Positions 1 to 14,641 of a DNA stretch of 64,000 nucleotides are shown piece by piece. This stretch comes from Nemertoderma westbladi. Its lineage: Eukaryota > Animalia > Xenacoelomorpha. The stretch spans positions 9,028-73,027 of the forward strand of contig JAUCBJ010007002.1 in the NCBI GenBank assembly GCA_032718475.1, read 5' to 3'. The number at the start of each line of letters is the position of its first letter. Position 1 is the stretch's first letter. The notes below the pieces were generated by a model that was given only the letters and a program-made list of their open reading frames with translations, was not told where the DNA came from and made no database searches. The position numbers and the translations under genes are program-made.

Positions 1-923
1 TCCCCAAGTTTATTCCTACAGTAATTGTGCTTGTTATACATACCGTTATAGTTAAATTAACCCCGGTACTACATCAGGGCTGCTCGGCGTAGGTAAAGAC
101 CGGCGATTTTATGCGCTAGTCACTCCAGCAGATGCCGTGGTTCTTTTAGCTGTTCAAGTATATTTAACTGCTGGTTATTTGTTATACAAGTACTTGTACC
201 TAATCTAGGGTTTAGTTTACAATACTTTCCGAGAGTAATTAGTTTGTGGGCAGTATATTTGTGTTGTAAAGTGGTTAATAGGCACGTTAGCTCTGGTAGG
301 CTGCGGTAATTAACTTCTAGGTAGGGACACTCCGGGTACATAACGTATTACTTTTAGTGCTGTAAAGCAAAAGGCTATAAGTCGTCAGACGGTGGTATTT
401 TCTTATCTGGACAACACAGTGTATTTACTACTGCTTAATTATTTTCAAATACCGTAGTATCCTGTCCGTTAGTAATAACCAGAAATTCTAACTCCCTGTT
501 AGACTGGTTTGTAGATTCCCTGTAAAATTACCCTAAAATTTGTACGTGTAATTTGTTATTGTTTATTTAGAGATTGTAATCTCACCCAATAATTGGAAGT
601 AATTAGTAGTGATAAGTAACTTAGTAAAGTACAATTATTTGTTTTAGTGTCCAACAGGTAGCACTCCACTGAGAGCGTTTAGCTTCTGTGTAGTGAACCC
701 TTAACCAGAAACAATAACATTTGTTTCAAATATTGGCAAATCCCATTGTACGGGTATATATATTATAAATCAACTCAAACCGATTTTTTAAATAGTAGGC
801 CTGTCATCCATCAATTAGGTCTTAATATCAGTTGGACTACTGCTTAAATAACGGTAATAAAGTAACGTAAAGTAACCAAGTAACCCTAAAATTCAGAAAT
901 TCAATTATTCTAAAATAATTGAT

Positions 924-1167
924 ATACCGGTATTTACGATAGGCTTATTATATTTATTTCTATAAACTTATGCTGAAATCATATACCGGTATTCTGTAAT
1001 TAATTTAGTCTATAATCATACTTATATATACTATAAGTGTAAACTGTATACCGGTATTCACGGTAGGCTTATTATATATTAATATATTTACGCTGAATTA
1101 TATACCGGTATTTTTGTGACAAACCCTAGTCTGTAATAATACTTATACTATAAGTGTATACCGGTAT
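924..1167. repeat. Five ATACCGGTAT palindromes in ~60-bp alternating tandem units in the 5' UTR of A
   Basis: Motif at 924, 983, 1048, 1102 and 1158; homologous array in C at ~18470-18720. Confidence 0.85.
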
Positions 1168-1305
1168 TTTAATATATTGTATATATATCACGTTACACTG
1201 AGTAACGATATCGGTAATTAATTACTAGGCTTTTAGTTGATACTGAATTACTGGACTTGCTTTAACTGTAGTTCTAGCAGTAGGCATTCAACTGTACAAA
1301 CAAAC

Positions 1306-1875
1306 ATGGCTGACACAAAGCAAAACCTGTCAGACAGTCTCCTGGATACAACCATCTATGACCCAGATAGGAGTGTGGAACGTTTGAGACCAAAGTTCAA
1401 CTCCCCTCCTACTGTAAGAAAAGTCATCCCTCCAGTAATAGTATCAGACCCTAGGCTAGTCAAACACCGTAGGTCTATTATAGGCACTCGGGCTCAAGTC
1501 AAGCGGGACCAAGAGGCAGCTGTTAAACAGCAGCAACACTCGAGCTGAGAACTTATTTCTCAGCGGCCCGATAGCTCCAGTAGTTCAGATACTGTAGAGC
1601 TGACACCCGAGCGCGGAGCAGGGATGGCAGAAGCGGTTTATTCGGATCCACTTCTCATTCTCCCAGAAGCCGTACTCACTAGAGTATTGATTGCGGTAGA
1701 GGAACATCAAATGGATTGGGCGAGAGGTCAGCGATCGACCAAGGACAGTTATGCGGGATACACAAAGGAGGAACTGAAATCTATTGTCGAGACGCATGGA
1801 ATTTCCCCGGATCTGGACTCCCGTTTAACTTATCAGAAGCTGCCTGGGAAGATCTATACCGGATGGGAGTGTTAA
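1306..1875 (+). pseudogene. gag: N-terminal part of A gag (MADTKQNLSDSLL...), with a TGA at 1546 and a frameshift near 1820
   Basis: ORFs 1237-1548 and 1624-1875 share a frame separated by one TGA; C has the homologous start (xSDTKRALSDSLL). Confidence 0.7.
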
Positions 1876-4800
1876 TGGACACTAGAGATCCAGCTGTGTG
1901 GAAGAGGTCGGCAGCAGGATATGTGCAGAGATTCTTCAGCTCTCTGGAGCGATTAGAGGAACAACTGTTTCAACAACCCCAAGGACCTCAAGAGCAGGGA
2001 GAGCTGCTTTATCAAGTTCGCGAACGAGTTCTGCGGATCAGACTAATTCTTTCAGCCTTTGAGGAGGCCTCGAAGAGAATCCAAGATACGTCGTTGCAAG
2101 TTGCTGTGAAGACTTGGTTCCAGCGCGTAGATCTCAAAGTTCAAGGAATGGCCCAGTGGAAATTTCAGCTGGCTGAGCGCTCGACTCAAGGAGAATCAAC
2201 CGACGCTGTCTTTTCTCAAGTGGAAAGCAAAGTGACGGCAGAAAAACCACAGAGGGATGCAATTGACATCTATCTGTCGGACTATCAACGATTTATAGGT
2301 GACGAAGAGTTAAGGAGACATTTAGATGGACTTCGTCCTAATAGTGAAGGAGCCAAGTTGGTGTTGGACGCAATAGATGCGGAAATGTTAGCTGCGATCC
2401 AAGCTAAATTTGATGAAAGCATCCGCATCGCTAGGGTTCAAGAAGAACAAGTAAAGAAAAAACGTCTAGAAGACAGAAAGATAGCAGCAGCGGCAGCGGC
2501 AGAGGCAGAAGCGGAAAGAAAAGCGGCAGAAGTGGAAAGAAAAGCGGCAGTGGCAGCGGCAGAGGCAGAAGCGGAAAGAAAGGTGGCAGAAGCAGAAAGA
2601 AAAACGGCAGCAGCGGAAAGAAAGGCAGCGGCAGAAGCGGATAGAAAAACGGCAGAAGCGGAAAGAAAGGTAGCAATAGCAGAAGCAGAACGGAGGGCGT
2701 CTGAAGAGACCGCCCAACTTGAGTTGGAAAATCTTCAAGAGAAGCAAGACTTCATCGATAAACAGAGAACAGCGAGTCAGTGGCAGATGATAAGTAAATC
2801 TACTCCCAAAAGACAAGGATTTACATCATCCGATGAAGGCGACACCACTGATCCTGAAGGTGGAGGAAATAGATCTCGTTCCAGTAGGCGTAGAAGAACG
2901 CCCCATCGTCAGAAATTGCCTAATTTGCCACCAGCTGTGAGAAGGCAACTATCTAGCATAGACTTAGGTAGTACAGAACCCACAGACCAAATTATTAGAA
3001 TAAAAAGACTCCCTACTATAATAGATGAGCCTGAAATAATTAGGCCTGTTCTCGAAGACACCCCTTTGGTGATAGAGACACCTGTACTTCCAGAACCTAC
3101 CTCTAAATTCCCTTTGCACAGTACTAAACTACCTGTGCCCAGTAGGACTGTTCCCGAGTCCGAACCCGTCCTGGACGCCGAGCGAGATATCAAGAATTTA
3201 TCGCCCGTCGTCTCTCGCTCGCCCGCTACTATGTTGGCGACTCCCGCTTCGGCAGTCGAGTGGGTAGCTGAGGGACGGCGGGAGATGGGTCTCTTGCTCA
3301 GGAAGCTGAGGGAACACCAGGTATGTTCATCACAGCAAGTCCGAGAGATGGAAGGGACTGTTCAGCAGTTGAAGGGAACAGTGAGAGAAAGTAGGTTAGA
3401 GTTGCAAGAAGTGCAGCAGAGTATCGCGTTAGAACGCGATAAATTGGTAAATATACAAAAGGGTATATCACCACCCTCTGTAACAATGTGTCAACCTGTT
3501 AGGTCTGAAGTATTGCATGCGCAAGGTGTGGAACCTACACGCATCTATACTGCTAGTGAAGTAGAAACTCCTATAGTAAACCCTATTAAGGGTAATTATA
3601 AACCTGTTGACAATGATATTCCATATAGACCTGATCATAATCCGAGAAATTTATATACCGATAACTCGATATTAAATAACACGATGGCCCAAGAAAGTTT
3701 TACGCGTCAAATGGCTAGAACCGAAGCCCGTCAAGCGGTAAAGGTGGGAGAAATCGTCAAGTTCAATGGAGATGAGATGAAATGGTTACCTTTTAATGAA
3801 TATTACAAAGATAACATACAAAACTCTGTATTATCTAATGGAGAGAAACTTAGATTCCTCATCGAGTGTTTGGAAGGACCTCCCAAGTTAATGGCGTTAA
3901 AGTTTATTGGACACCCAGATGGATTAAGACAAGTTTGGAATACGCTAAACATCAGGTATCGTAATAGGACAAACATAGCTAGGTATTTGTATGCTAAATT
4001 GGTAGCGCCCCGAAAGTTCCTTAGTAGCGGGATTATCGAGTTTTCCAATGAGATTCAGGAGAACTGTAGACAACTAGATTGGTTAGGTAAGTCTCATGAA
4101 TATCAGAGTTCCATGGTTATTGGAGCCGTAGCCTCTACTTTGCCCAAGGGTGGAGTAGGTACTCACTGGGACAAGAAAGTGCTCTATATGATGGACCAGC
4201 AACAAAGAGACCCTACCATGGCTGATCTCATGTCATTCTTAGATGGAGAGGTAAGATTACAACTCCTAAAACAGTCCAGAGAGAAGACACCGGAAAATAA
4301 GGTAATTGAGAAACCCGTCTCTAGGAGAAAAGTAACACCAGTGTTTTATACAGACGATGGCAAAAGCCAAACCTCTCAGGAGGAGAGCAATGGGCGAGAC
4401 ACTGAAAGATCTTACTATGTCAACAAAGCACCAAAAGACGTAAGTAAATTAAAGTCTCGAACCAGTGACAGGAGAGAATATACAACAAAAACTCCTCCCA
4501 CATCTCCTAAAAGAATTCATGGAAAAAAGCCCAAGGAAAGAACGAGTGTGCATAACATTACCCAAGGTAAAGTAAGTAACATCAAACCAAAATGTGTGTT
4601 GTGCGACGGGCCCCATCGTTTAAGTGTGTGTGAGGAGTTCCTAAAGAAATCCCTAAAAGATAGACGCGAAGTCATGTGGGATAAGCGGTTGTGTTATAAT
4701 TGTCTCAGACAAGGACACCAACGGCGAACCTGTTACTCCGACGCAAGGTGTGCAAAGTGCGGCGCGAAACATCATATTTTGTTGCACACCGAATTCGAAA

Positions 4801-7243
4801 GAAACAGCCCGAGTCAGGTAAGTGAGCCTGAACTACATGTCCAATTCAGTGATGTGAACGACACTGACCTCAGTTCTGAGATGGAAGGATTCTACACAGA
4901 TGAATTCTCCGATGAAAACGAATCCTGTTATCTAATAAACACCGCAGTGTATCGAGCACTTACGTATGAGACAGAAACTGAGAGTGAGCTTCCCCTCACT
5001 ATTCCAGACCTACAACCATCTTGGAAAATGCCAACTTCCAACGTAGGAATCCGAGAATTTCCCGTAGTGCAGTTGAGAGTCCACGGCGTAAGCAAAAGTT
5101 ATATAGTGAACGCCCTTCTCGACTCCGGCAGCACAGGAACATTCATCGATAAAGAACTAGCCGAAGATATCTTTGCTGGACAACCTAAGTTCCGAACTAA
5201 GTTGAACCTTTCAGGAATTATGCAGGTTTGGAAATCTACAGTAGCTACGGACTACTATGTAGGCGCTTTGTCCACCCCCCAGGACGAACTAGGAGAACAC
5301 AATATAAGGTCAGTAAAAATGGTGGCTATAAATAACTTCGCTACCAGCCAAGTGGAACCTTATAACTGGGATGAAGACGATTTCACCCAACAGTATGACA
5401 TACCTAGATTCAACACAGACTACCCTGGGGTACAAATACTCATCGGCCAAAATGCGCATGAGGCGCTGGAGACATTAGAAAAATGGCCTACTCAACCGCA
5501 ACCACTACAAACTTATGCGGGAAGAACTAGAGTAGGTTGGTACTTTACTGGCCCCTCCCGTAGGACACTCATGGAAAGGCTACCAAAGGAGCAAATTTAC
5601 CAGGTGAGTGAATGGGAAGGGGAAACCAGTGAGGGAGACGACTCACTTGAGGGAATACCATACTCCTCGGATAATGATGATATTCAACAACTATTCGACG
5701 AGGAGAATACCATCGACCTCCTTACGGAAAGTGAAACTTGGCAAAACCAAGTGAACCTGTGTCAACTCGTCCATCCATCGAGACACGTCGATTACAACGA
5801 TGAACTAAATGAAGTAATCGACCGTTACAATGCGAAGGTTCGCGATGAACACGCCGTACGATTCTTTACTCAAGAGGCTATAGAGCCCAATTCCTACGAT
5901 AAGGCCCTATTGGTAGAAGAAGAAAGAGCCAAGCAGATACAGGAGACGACTACACGTTTTCTTAAGGATCAAGGTAGGTATGAGATTGGTCTGCCTTTCC
6001 GACGGCGAGAACCCAATTTTATAAACAACCGACCCTTATCAGAGAAGAGAATTGCGCAACTACATCGACGCCTTACGGCAAATACTTCAGCTAAGGAAAT
6101 GTACAAGACCCAGTTGAATAAATTCATTGACAAGGGATACGCGGAGCGAGTACCGGAAAGAACACCCATAACTGAGAGAACGTACTATTTGACACATCAT
6201 TACGTTCCTAAACCTGGTAAACCCAACGAAGTCCGTGTAGTATTTGATGGTTCCGCTCTCTACATGGGCCAATCCCTTAACTCCGAGTTATTGCCAGGAC
6301 CCAACTTACTCCAATCCTTGTTGGGAATACTCTTAAGATTACGACAATATTCGATTGCTTTTGCTTCGGATATAGAAGGCATGTTCTTACAAGTTAAGGC
6401 GCTGGAAAGGGATCGCGACAGCCTACGATTTCTGTGGTGGCCTGAAGGGGACCTCAACCAGAAACCGGTGGAGTACTGGATGACCATCCAGGCTTTTGGG
6501 ATCATCTCGAGCCCTTCAAACGCCTGCTCAGTAGTGCGCACCACTGCTGATGACAACCGGGACACCTTCTCCAAAGAAGTTATAGACAACATCAAACGGG
6601 ATATATACATGGACGATAATTTAAAGTCCCTCCCATCGGTGGAAGAAGCCATTGATGTCGCCAAAGGAACGGTAGAGTGCTTGAAAAGAGGTGGATTTAG
6701 ATTAACTAAATTCACGAGTAACTCCCGGGAATTTCTGGAATCAATCCCGGTAGAAGACCGAGGAACTAAAGATCTAGACCTTATCAAGGACGATCTACCA
6801 GAAACTAAGACGCTTGGTTTGAAGTGGGACACGGGGAGAGATATCCTGTTTTTCCAACTAAAATAGCGAGATAATCCCGTTCGCACCAAACGGATTTGTC
6901 TAAGTATCCTGAGCAATTATTTCGATCCATTGGGATTTATTAGCAAAGTTATATTGATTGCTCGGAGTTTAGTACAACAAATGTGGCTTGAAAACCACTC
7001 GTGGGACGATCCACTTAAGGGAGAACTATTAAAGAAGTGGATTAAATGGGAAGATTCGCTACCTTCCATCGAGAACTTTAGTATTTCCCGTTCATATTTT
7101 GGTCATGTTCTTCCCACGTATTCCTATCAACTCCATGTGTTTGGAGATGCCAGCGACATGGGAATAGGCATAGTAGCCTACCTGAGAGTTGAAACTCCGG
7201 ATGGAATTAAGGTCGACTTGGTTACCTCTAAGGCCTTGATAAA
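1716..7243 (+). pseudogene. gag-pol: A gag-pol: coiled coil, Pao-type Gag, three Zn knuckles, aspartic protease (LLDSGS), RT (YMDD), start of RNase H; in-frame TAG at 6864
   Basis: Motifs KFNGDEMKWLPF, CVLCDGPH...CYNCLRQGH...CAKCGAKHH, VRVVFDGS, SDIEGMFLQV, YMDDNL, FDPLGF, QLHVFGDAS. Confidence 0.93.
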
Positions 7244-7514
7244 TGTAATAAAGTTATTACAGTAGATTTATACTATTTTATACTGTATACTTCTTTTGGT
7301 GAAGGTTTGCTACCGGTACAGTGCTGATAGATGATTTATTGATTGAGAGACAAGCCAGCAAGCAGATTATTATATATTTAGTATTGTCTGACAGCTGACC
7401 CCTTTTCTTGTTGCTTTAGCTGACTGCCGGATGCAGTCAGCATTATGTTCGACTGAAGGCTGACTGTTGGATACAGTCAGCACTGATATATTTGGTGTGT
7501 GTATATTCCGCACA
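7244..7514 (+). repeat. 5' LTR of B (271 bp)
   Basis: Matches 25141-25411 with one difference seen (C7424 vs T25321). Confidence 0.96.
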
Positions 7515-7517
7515 TTT

Positions 7518-7535
7518 TGGTGCCTGGACCCGGAT
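7518..7535 (+). promoter_or_regulatory. tRNA primer-binding site of B (TGGTGCCTGGACCCGGAT; resembles the tRNA-His or tRNA-Phe 3' end)
   Basis: TGG-starting 18-mer 3 nt after the LTR end; tRNA identity uncertain. Confidence 0.75.
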
Positions 7536-7912
7536 CCTGTTGAATGAAGGAATATAAACGGTGTTTGGGAATACTGTTTGGCAGTTTGGTGAATACTGCA
7601 TGTTCCTTACTGCAGTACTGGACTGGAGTAATTAATCAGATAGGCTCAAACAGCAAACTGTTATATTTGGATACGGTGAACTGCGTATTCGACGGACGTA
7701 CCTGTATCTACGGTCAGACGGTTAGGCCTAACGAGCCTATTGGCCTACCTATATTCATATTGCTGTATTAGTCAGTACGGTATATAACGGTACCGGTACT
7801 GCATTTCTGCATTCGGAAATAAACTGGAACTGTGACACAACGCAAATTACGAAGTCAATCCGGCCAGAAATATTTGTAATTTAATCTACCTAACCTAGGC
7901 CTTGTAGATAGA

Positions 7913-10243
7913 ATGGCTGAACCGTTGGGTAAGTTAAGGAAACGGAGAGCAGGTCATAAAGCAACCGCTACTCGTTTAATGGGAGATCTCCATGGCGAAA
8001 TGTACTCAGATCTCGCCAACCGTACATTACATGATGATGTCAATGTTGAAACTATAGAGGATTTATCCGAGGGATTGCGAAATCAGAGGGCGAAAATAGC
8101 TGAGTTGACTGAGGAGATTCAACATCTTGTAGAAGATGAAGATCAGTTAGTTACCGAAATCAATTCATCTGCTAAGGATGACATGCAGATAGGTTCCTTA
8201 TTGCGTCGAATAGATAAATTATTAGGTTTAAGTAATTCTGTAAGTCAGCATGGCCAAATCCACCCTTCTGATCACATCGGTTTTAATCCGGAAAATACTG
8301 GGTTAGATAGAACCCAGATAGGAAATACGAGGCCTATGGGATTAACCCCTCAGAAGCTTCCAAACCTTAAACTCCCAAAATTTAGTGGCGATCCGATAGA
8401 ATGGCCCAATTTCTGGGATCGATTTGAGGATGCAATACATAAGAGAACTGATCTAGCTGGAGCCACTAAATTTACGTATCTAGAAGGCCAACTCTCTGGT
8501 GAGGCTTCTTCTTTAGTAAAAAACTTCCAGAGAAGTAATGATGATTATATTGCGGCCATTGAACTTCTTAGGACTACTTATGGTCAGAAAAAGTTAATTA
8601 TGAGGGCTCGTCTCAATACTGTGTTCGATATGGAGTCTCCTAAAGCGACTTCGAAGGATTTAGCTTCATTTCGAGCAAATTATGAAGCGCAACTGCCTGG
8701 AATCAAACAGCTAGGAGGTAATGTGGAGGAATCTGGCTACGTATACGCCGAACTAATTCTTCGTAAGCTTCCTGCTTCAGTTCGTAGTAACATAAATAGG
8801 GCCGCTCGCTCCACTTATTGGACGCTTGAGGAGTTACGGGTAGCTCTAAATGATGAAATCGAACAGTTAAGGTCTACTGAGTCACAAAGTACTTACCTAA
8901 AACCTCAGAATAACTATGGTAGTAAATTTAAAAGCGATAGTAGAAATTCATCAGCCAATTCTGTGGGTTCTGAAACTGGAGGAACACTTGGCTCTTTCAG
9001 CACGACAGCAAGTACACCATTCGATAGGAAACGCAGACCGGTTTCTTGTTATCTATGTAAAGCAGATCATCCTGCCCGATTGTGTGACCAGTATAAGACT
9101 CCAAATCTTAAATTAGCTCGAGTTAGAGAATTGCGTTTATGTACAAGATGTCTTAGACATAAACATTCAGAAGGTAAACCATGTCTCAGTGAGGAAGGTT
9201 GTCAAGTATGTAGGAAGGGTCACCATACCATTCTCCATTTGGATTCTAAACCTAATCCTAGTACAGTTGCAGCTATTACATCTGATACAGGGGATGTTTG
9301 TTTGGCAACTTCGGGTGGATCTACATTACTTCCTACCGCAATCTGTCCTATAAGATTCCTAAATGATGGGAAGGAAGATGATTACTCTGTTCGTACAATT
9401 CTCGATCAAGCTGCACAACGTACTTTTATACTCCGTCGAATTGTCAAGGCATTAGGATTGAAGACAATTAATAAGGTTTCATCTTCTATATACGGATTTA
9501 ATAAGGAAGGACCAAGGAAGGTTTATGATGAAGTTCGTTTCCGAATTTCAACTTCGGATGGTTTAATTGAGACTTGGGCGTTAGTTGTAGATAAGTTGCC
9601 TCTTAGATTATCTTCCCCGGGTCGTACCAAGATGGTCTCTCAACTACAGCTGCGTGGATTTAAGTTAGCAGATCCTCGTACCGGAGATGATTTATCTGAC
9701 ATTGGGTTGTTGATAGGAGTCGACCAGTACTTTAACTTCGTTTATGGGGAATGTATTCAAGGTGGTATTTATCGGCTTCCTTCTAATCTTGGTGATGTCA
9801 TTACTGGTACATTGCCTTTATGTGATTCCCAATCAAACTCAATTCAATCAAATGTTATTACGGCTCTCCTTATTGGTTGTGTTGAAGAGTCGGATAATCT
9901 TGATGATGCCCTCGAACGACTTTGGAGATTAGATACAATCGGTATCTCACCTGATGACACCAACCCTATTGATGAAGTTGTTATGAAGGAATTTGAAGAA
10001 AACACTAAGTATGTTGATGGAAGATATGTTGTTCGTCTACCTTGGAAACCGGATTTTCCAAGTCTACCATCCAATTACGGATTAACGATAAAGCGACTTC
10101 AGTCGACATTGACGAAGTTGTCAAAGAATCCTTTGTTATTGGAATGTTATAATAGTATTATTCTTCAACAGTTAGAACGTGGATTTATAGAACTAGCACC
10201 CCCCTATATTGCTACGGGTTCTAAAATACACTACCTAGCCCAC
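7913..10243 (+). pseudogene. gag-pol: B gag-protease and start of RT, cut by insertion of C
   Basis: LPKFSGDPIEWPNFWDRF, Zn knuckles, ILDQAAQRTF protease, GRYVVRLPWK; frame continues HYLAH|HGVEK at 21764. Confidence 0.93.
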
Positions 10244-11456
10244 TGTTCGCGCTTTCAGACCTTTGGCAGTTTAACCCGCCAAATTAGGATGTCTTCTAGA
10301 TAATAAATCGCTTTTAGCCTCTGACAAGTATTTGATTCACTACACTAGTTGAAACCAATCTGTGCGCGATCATTCACCCGCTGGATATACCCGGGAGATT
10401 GACTTCGACGGCTTAATCTTATTGCTATGATAACCTAATGTATTATTCGACTGACAGTATTATATAATCTCTGACAATATTATTCACCTTCGGGGAATAT
10501 TAACAGTTCCTTTTGGATGTGGCGCTCTATCTATATAAACAGAGCTATGACTTAAACTACATGCAACGATATGGCTTAGTTACAATTCACATATATGGCG
10601 CATTCTTTAGGAAATGCTTCGTTATCAGTCTCACTCATACACAATGCTGCACAATACTGCACACTGATCTGCCGATCTTCACTGATTTTAGTCACATATA
10701 AAAGGAACACAGACCGACTCATGTAGGGTCTATCAGATAACATTAGATTCACTTCAAACCACTTTAACATAAGTCACAATCGTTATATGTAACCTGTCTC
10801 TCTTACCTTCGGTATATCAAGAATATTGGGTTTTCGGGGTTATTTCTCGTTATTCCAAATATAATATTTCATCAACCATATAATGAATAACCGACAGTAA
10901 ATAGCAGTATAACGTTATAAAAGTATGCACGACAAGACCAGCCAAGCATTGAGTAAGTTGTTAACCATTGAGTTACCCAGATAACGGATATATGTCCTTA
11001 TAATTAAGCCTACTAGTGTTAGGCTAAAAGCAGAAAAGCACAAATATTCCAAAAGCCGTTCTTTCTTGGCTCAGGACTGAATGATAACACTGCCCATAAA
11101 GCATTGCGTGATTTCTAGGAAATTTCTGTACAAGAACAGTAAAAACGCTCTGATTGGTTGACTGAACTGAGAGGCACCGTAGAACAAAGAAAATTGACAC
11201 GTATACAGCTCAGCTGTTAACCGTCGTCATAGTAACTACTGTTTCAAGAGGGTCTAGCTATTTTGCGTCATAGAATTGCCATAGAATCACCAACCATGTC
11301 CCCCAAAGTACACATACGGAAGAAATAGCTCTTAGGTCCTCTAAAAAACACCGATACAGCAATAATACGGCCTCTTACGCCTACTAAACCAACTACAGAG
11401 TATTTTACGGGAAAAATAAGGAAAAATAACCGGGCAATTCCGCAAAAGCTTTTACA
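10244..11456 (-). repeat. 3' LTR of C (1213 bp)
   Basis: Direct repeat of 20546-21758 with about 6 substitutions seen; PPT GGGAGCGG on the minus strand at 11457-11464. Confidence 0.96.
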
Positions 11457-12094
11457 CCGCTCCCAGAAAATGGGATTTTCAGTCTATAAAATATAAAAAT
11501 CACAGTTTCTAAAACATAAAGATACTCTAAACAGTTAGTTTTTCTTGCGCGGACGGCGTTCACGCAGTTTCCCGAGGCTAGCAAGAGTCCTTTTCTCTTT
11601 GGGGCGAGCCACTTTACTAGAAAGGCTATAACTCCTGGGTAAAGGGTGCAATACAATTGCATTAGAAGGTTTGGGTTTACGGTCGGTGTCTCGTCCATTT
11701 CGATATGCTTCTCCTCGAGCTGATTTTCCTCCGCTTGTCATGGGATACGTTCGTCCAAAACTCTCGCAGAGAATAGGGTTTTCTAAGCTTGATATCTTCT
11801 TAGAGATTCGAGATTTCCCGATCGAACTGAGATAAGGCCAATTCGTTTATCGATTGGACTTACTGTTATAACTTACGTTTATCTGAACAAACGCAGGTTT
11901 CTTTTTTGATCTTTATAGAATAGCGTTTAATTCGTTTCGTACAACGCTCTCCTTCACCTTGATGAAGGGTTGTATCGCGTTAAACGGGGACGACCATACG
12001 GTTGGATAGTGATATTAGGTGTCCGCGTCACAATCCGGCTAGGTAAGATGGGCGGCTAGCTAGAAATCACTGTCGGAGTGTTACCGATTAATTG

Positions 12095-12991
12095 TTAGGG
12101 TAGCACTAGATCTTTGAACAGTGAATACAGTCCGCGAGGATCCGCGACACCACCAGGATCGCAGGTCTGAGGTCCAACTAAGGAATGAGGAGGTTTGACT
12201 GAGTATTCCGGGACTCTGATCGTAGGTTTACTCCAGGATCGTTCGAGCCGAGTGAGCATAGGTGACAACGTTTCCGTGGATGTTTATGTCTTTCCGTTTA
12301 TTGGCTGGGTCTAGGGCATTTATCGTAATAATACCAAAGACGCACGTCTTGAAGGGGAAACGCGGGTGATCGCTCTCCAGTTTTACAATATTCCTCCATC
12401 TGTTCGAAGCTATCTGGAACGACAGGTAGCGGTCGATCGGCGGTAAGATACATCATCGTAAAATAGAGCCGTTTGAGTTCCATCATAGAGTCTGGATGTA
12501 TACCTTGAGGATATCGAGTTTCGAGGTTTTGTTGACTGGCAATATTGAGATAGGTCTCTCTTAGGAATTCTAGATAGTCGTTGAAGTCGCGACGTTTATC
12601 AGGTTCTTCAACGTCTTCCCTCTCGAGTCTGTTTCAAATAGAGTTCTCGTGTTCTATTCTCGATTTATCGTTTCGACTCCGCTGGGTATGATATTTAAAT
12701 AAAACCATTTCCCTTTCGGTGTCTATATCGTCGGTGTCGTGTAAATCAATAGGATGACCAGTAGTCAAGAAGTCCATATACGTACCATAACGATGCGTAT
12801 AGCGAGCGGTGAATTTTCCATAGTCCAACTCACGCGTAAGTTACTTCCAGGAAATCGTAGGTTCGATATAACGACCATCATCCTCCGTAGTAGTTGGACT
12901 AGTATCACCGCGTATCAAGCTATCAACAAACGCTTGAAAGTAGAGTATATCGCTCCCTGATACCAAGACCATCTTCTATCAACTCCGTCAT
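12095..12991 (-). pseudogene. Decayed copy of the accessory 3' ORF in C
   Basis: Fragments 12634-12828 and 12298-12486 align with A ORF 30567-31244; start ATG ACG GAG TTG (MTEL) and end DLVLP* are conserved. Confidence 0.75.
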
Positions 12992-14641
12992 ATCTGCTAT
13001 ATATGAGTTTATTAATATTATAATGAGTTTATATTTAGGCTAGCGAGCGTCGCTGCCTACCCCAATCAGCCCCCGGACAGTGCGAGATCCTCAGCGCCGA
13101 TGTGTCGTCGCCGCTGTACTTTCGCCAACGACGTAGCCACACAACGACAACGACAACCGGCACAAGTCACTCGACTGTCCGTCCCAAAGGCTTAGATACA
13201 CCTCAGGTTCTTACTGGAGAGTTAGGGTTACTTTCACAATTGCGACTCGCTACTGTAAACACACCTTAGTAGTAACATTCGCCTATAAACTCACAAATAC
13301 CACACACACAACTTGTCACAAATTACACACTCGGGTCACTTGTCCGTTAGTCAGTGCCTTCCAGAATGTCACGTTATTATCATGTATCCTTGGATACTAG
13401 CAGTGCGCTATTTATTCCCTATGCTATTCAATGGGACAAGCTTTCTATTGTTCTTTTAACTCAATTCTAATTCTAGCGTGGTTGTTGCTATGGTGACATT
13501 ATGCAAAGCTAGCGGTAGAATTAGGGTAATTCCAAAGCATACAGATCTGGGATGTTATTTAATAGTAATTCTTTAATGGTCAATGTCCTGTTTTATACAT
13601 GGCTTTATGAATTTTATCGGCTATTGACTATGTTTGGGAGACTTTCGCACACTCATACGCATAAGAAGATAAATCTCCGCTCCCTTGATCTATTAATTAA
13701 TGGAATTTTGGGAATGTTATAAATTGCGTAAAAATGGCAATTTATTAAATTCATTAAAAGGCATGAATTTAAATTTATTCCCTGAAATTTTATTATTTGA
13801 TAATTAAATTGACATGTTTTGATTCTAGAACATGTCTGGGGACACAAGATCCTTAATTCTATGAAAATTGTCTTTTTAAGAATATCGGTAAATGCTACGA
13901 TGTCTTAATTGACTAGAATTGTTGAAGGATCTGAATTTTACAGATTTTGATTTATTAGATTTGCAAATATTAAATAATTAATATTTGAGATGGGCACCGA
14001 TTTATTCCAGAACTTGTCTGGGGACGTTAACCACTGATTCTAGAATTTGTCTTTCAAGTATATCGGTGGGTGCCGCGATATCTTAATCGACTAGAATTAC
14101 AGATGGTCAAAAGGTTTAACAGATTTATTTGCGTTTCACGCTACTGTTAGAGGGACATCACGCTACTATATGTATTATTTAATATACGGTATGAGAGCAA
14201 TATCGCACGAAGCAATGTCAGTGTGAAGAGGCAAGTCGTTTCCAAGGTCTACCCAGAGCTTGGTTTAGCCGAGACACGAGGATCTGAACTTTGCATTCCT
14301 AATACTCTGCCTACCAATAATACTTGAATATAGTAGTGGCTTTATTGTACTTTAATAAGTACGGACATTTCATCTTACTGTAGTTACGTATTTATAATAT
14401 AACACGGACAGTAAGGAAAGAGAAAAATACTTGTTTCTCACCGTCACACTAAATATAATATAAGTAATTACGTACGCAATAAACACGAATATATTGCACT
14501 ATTCTACTAAATAATCGCTAAATAATATTCTACTAAATTAAATAAAACGATTATAATAAAATTACATAGTAATACATACAGAAATATAAAAATAATAAAA
14601 TAATATAAAATAATAGAGTCACACACCCACTCCATATGTTG

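Noticed and set aside
1815-1835. Programmed -1 frameshift in A gag
   Set aside because: No canonical slippery heptamer; BEL gag-pol is normally one frame and this copy has other lesions.
2431-2816. Leu/Phe/Pro-rich and Cys/Arg-rich minus-strand ORFs
   Set aside because: Antisense shadows of the (AAEAERK)n coiled-coil repeat in A gag.
10513-10770. Identical small ORFs at 10513/20815 and 10576/20878
   Set aside because: They lie within the duplicated LTRs of C and show no independent coding evidence.
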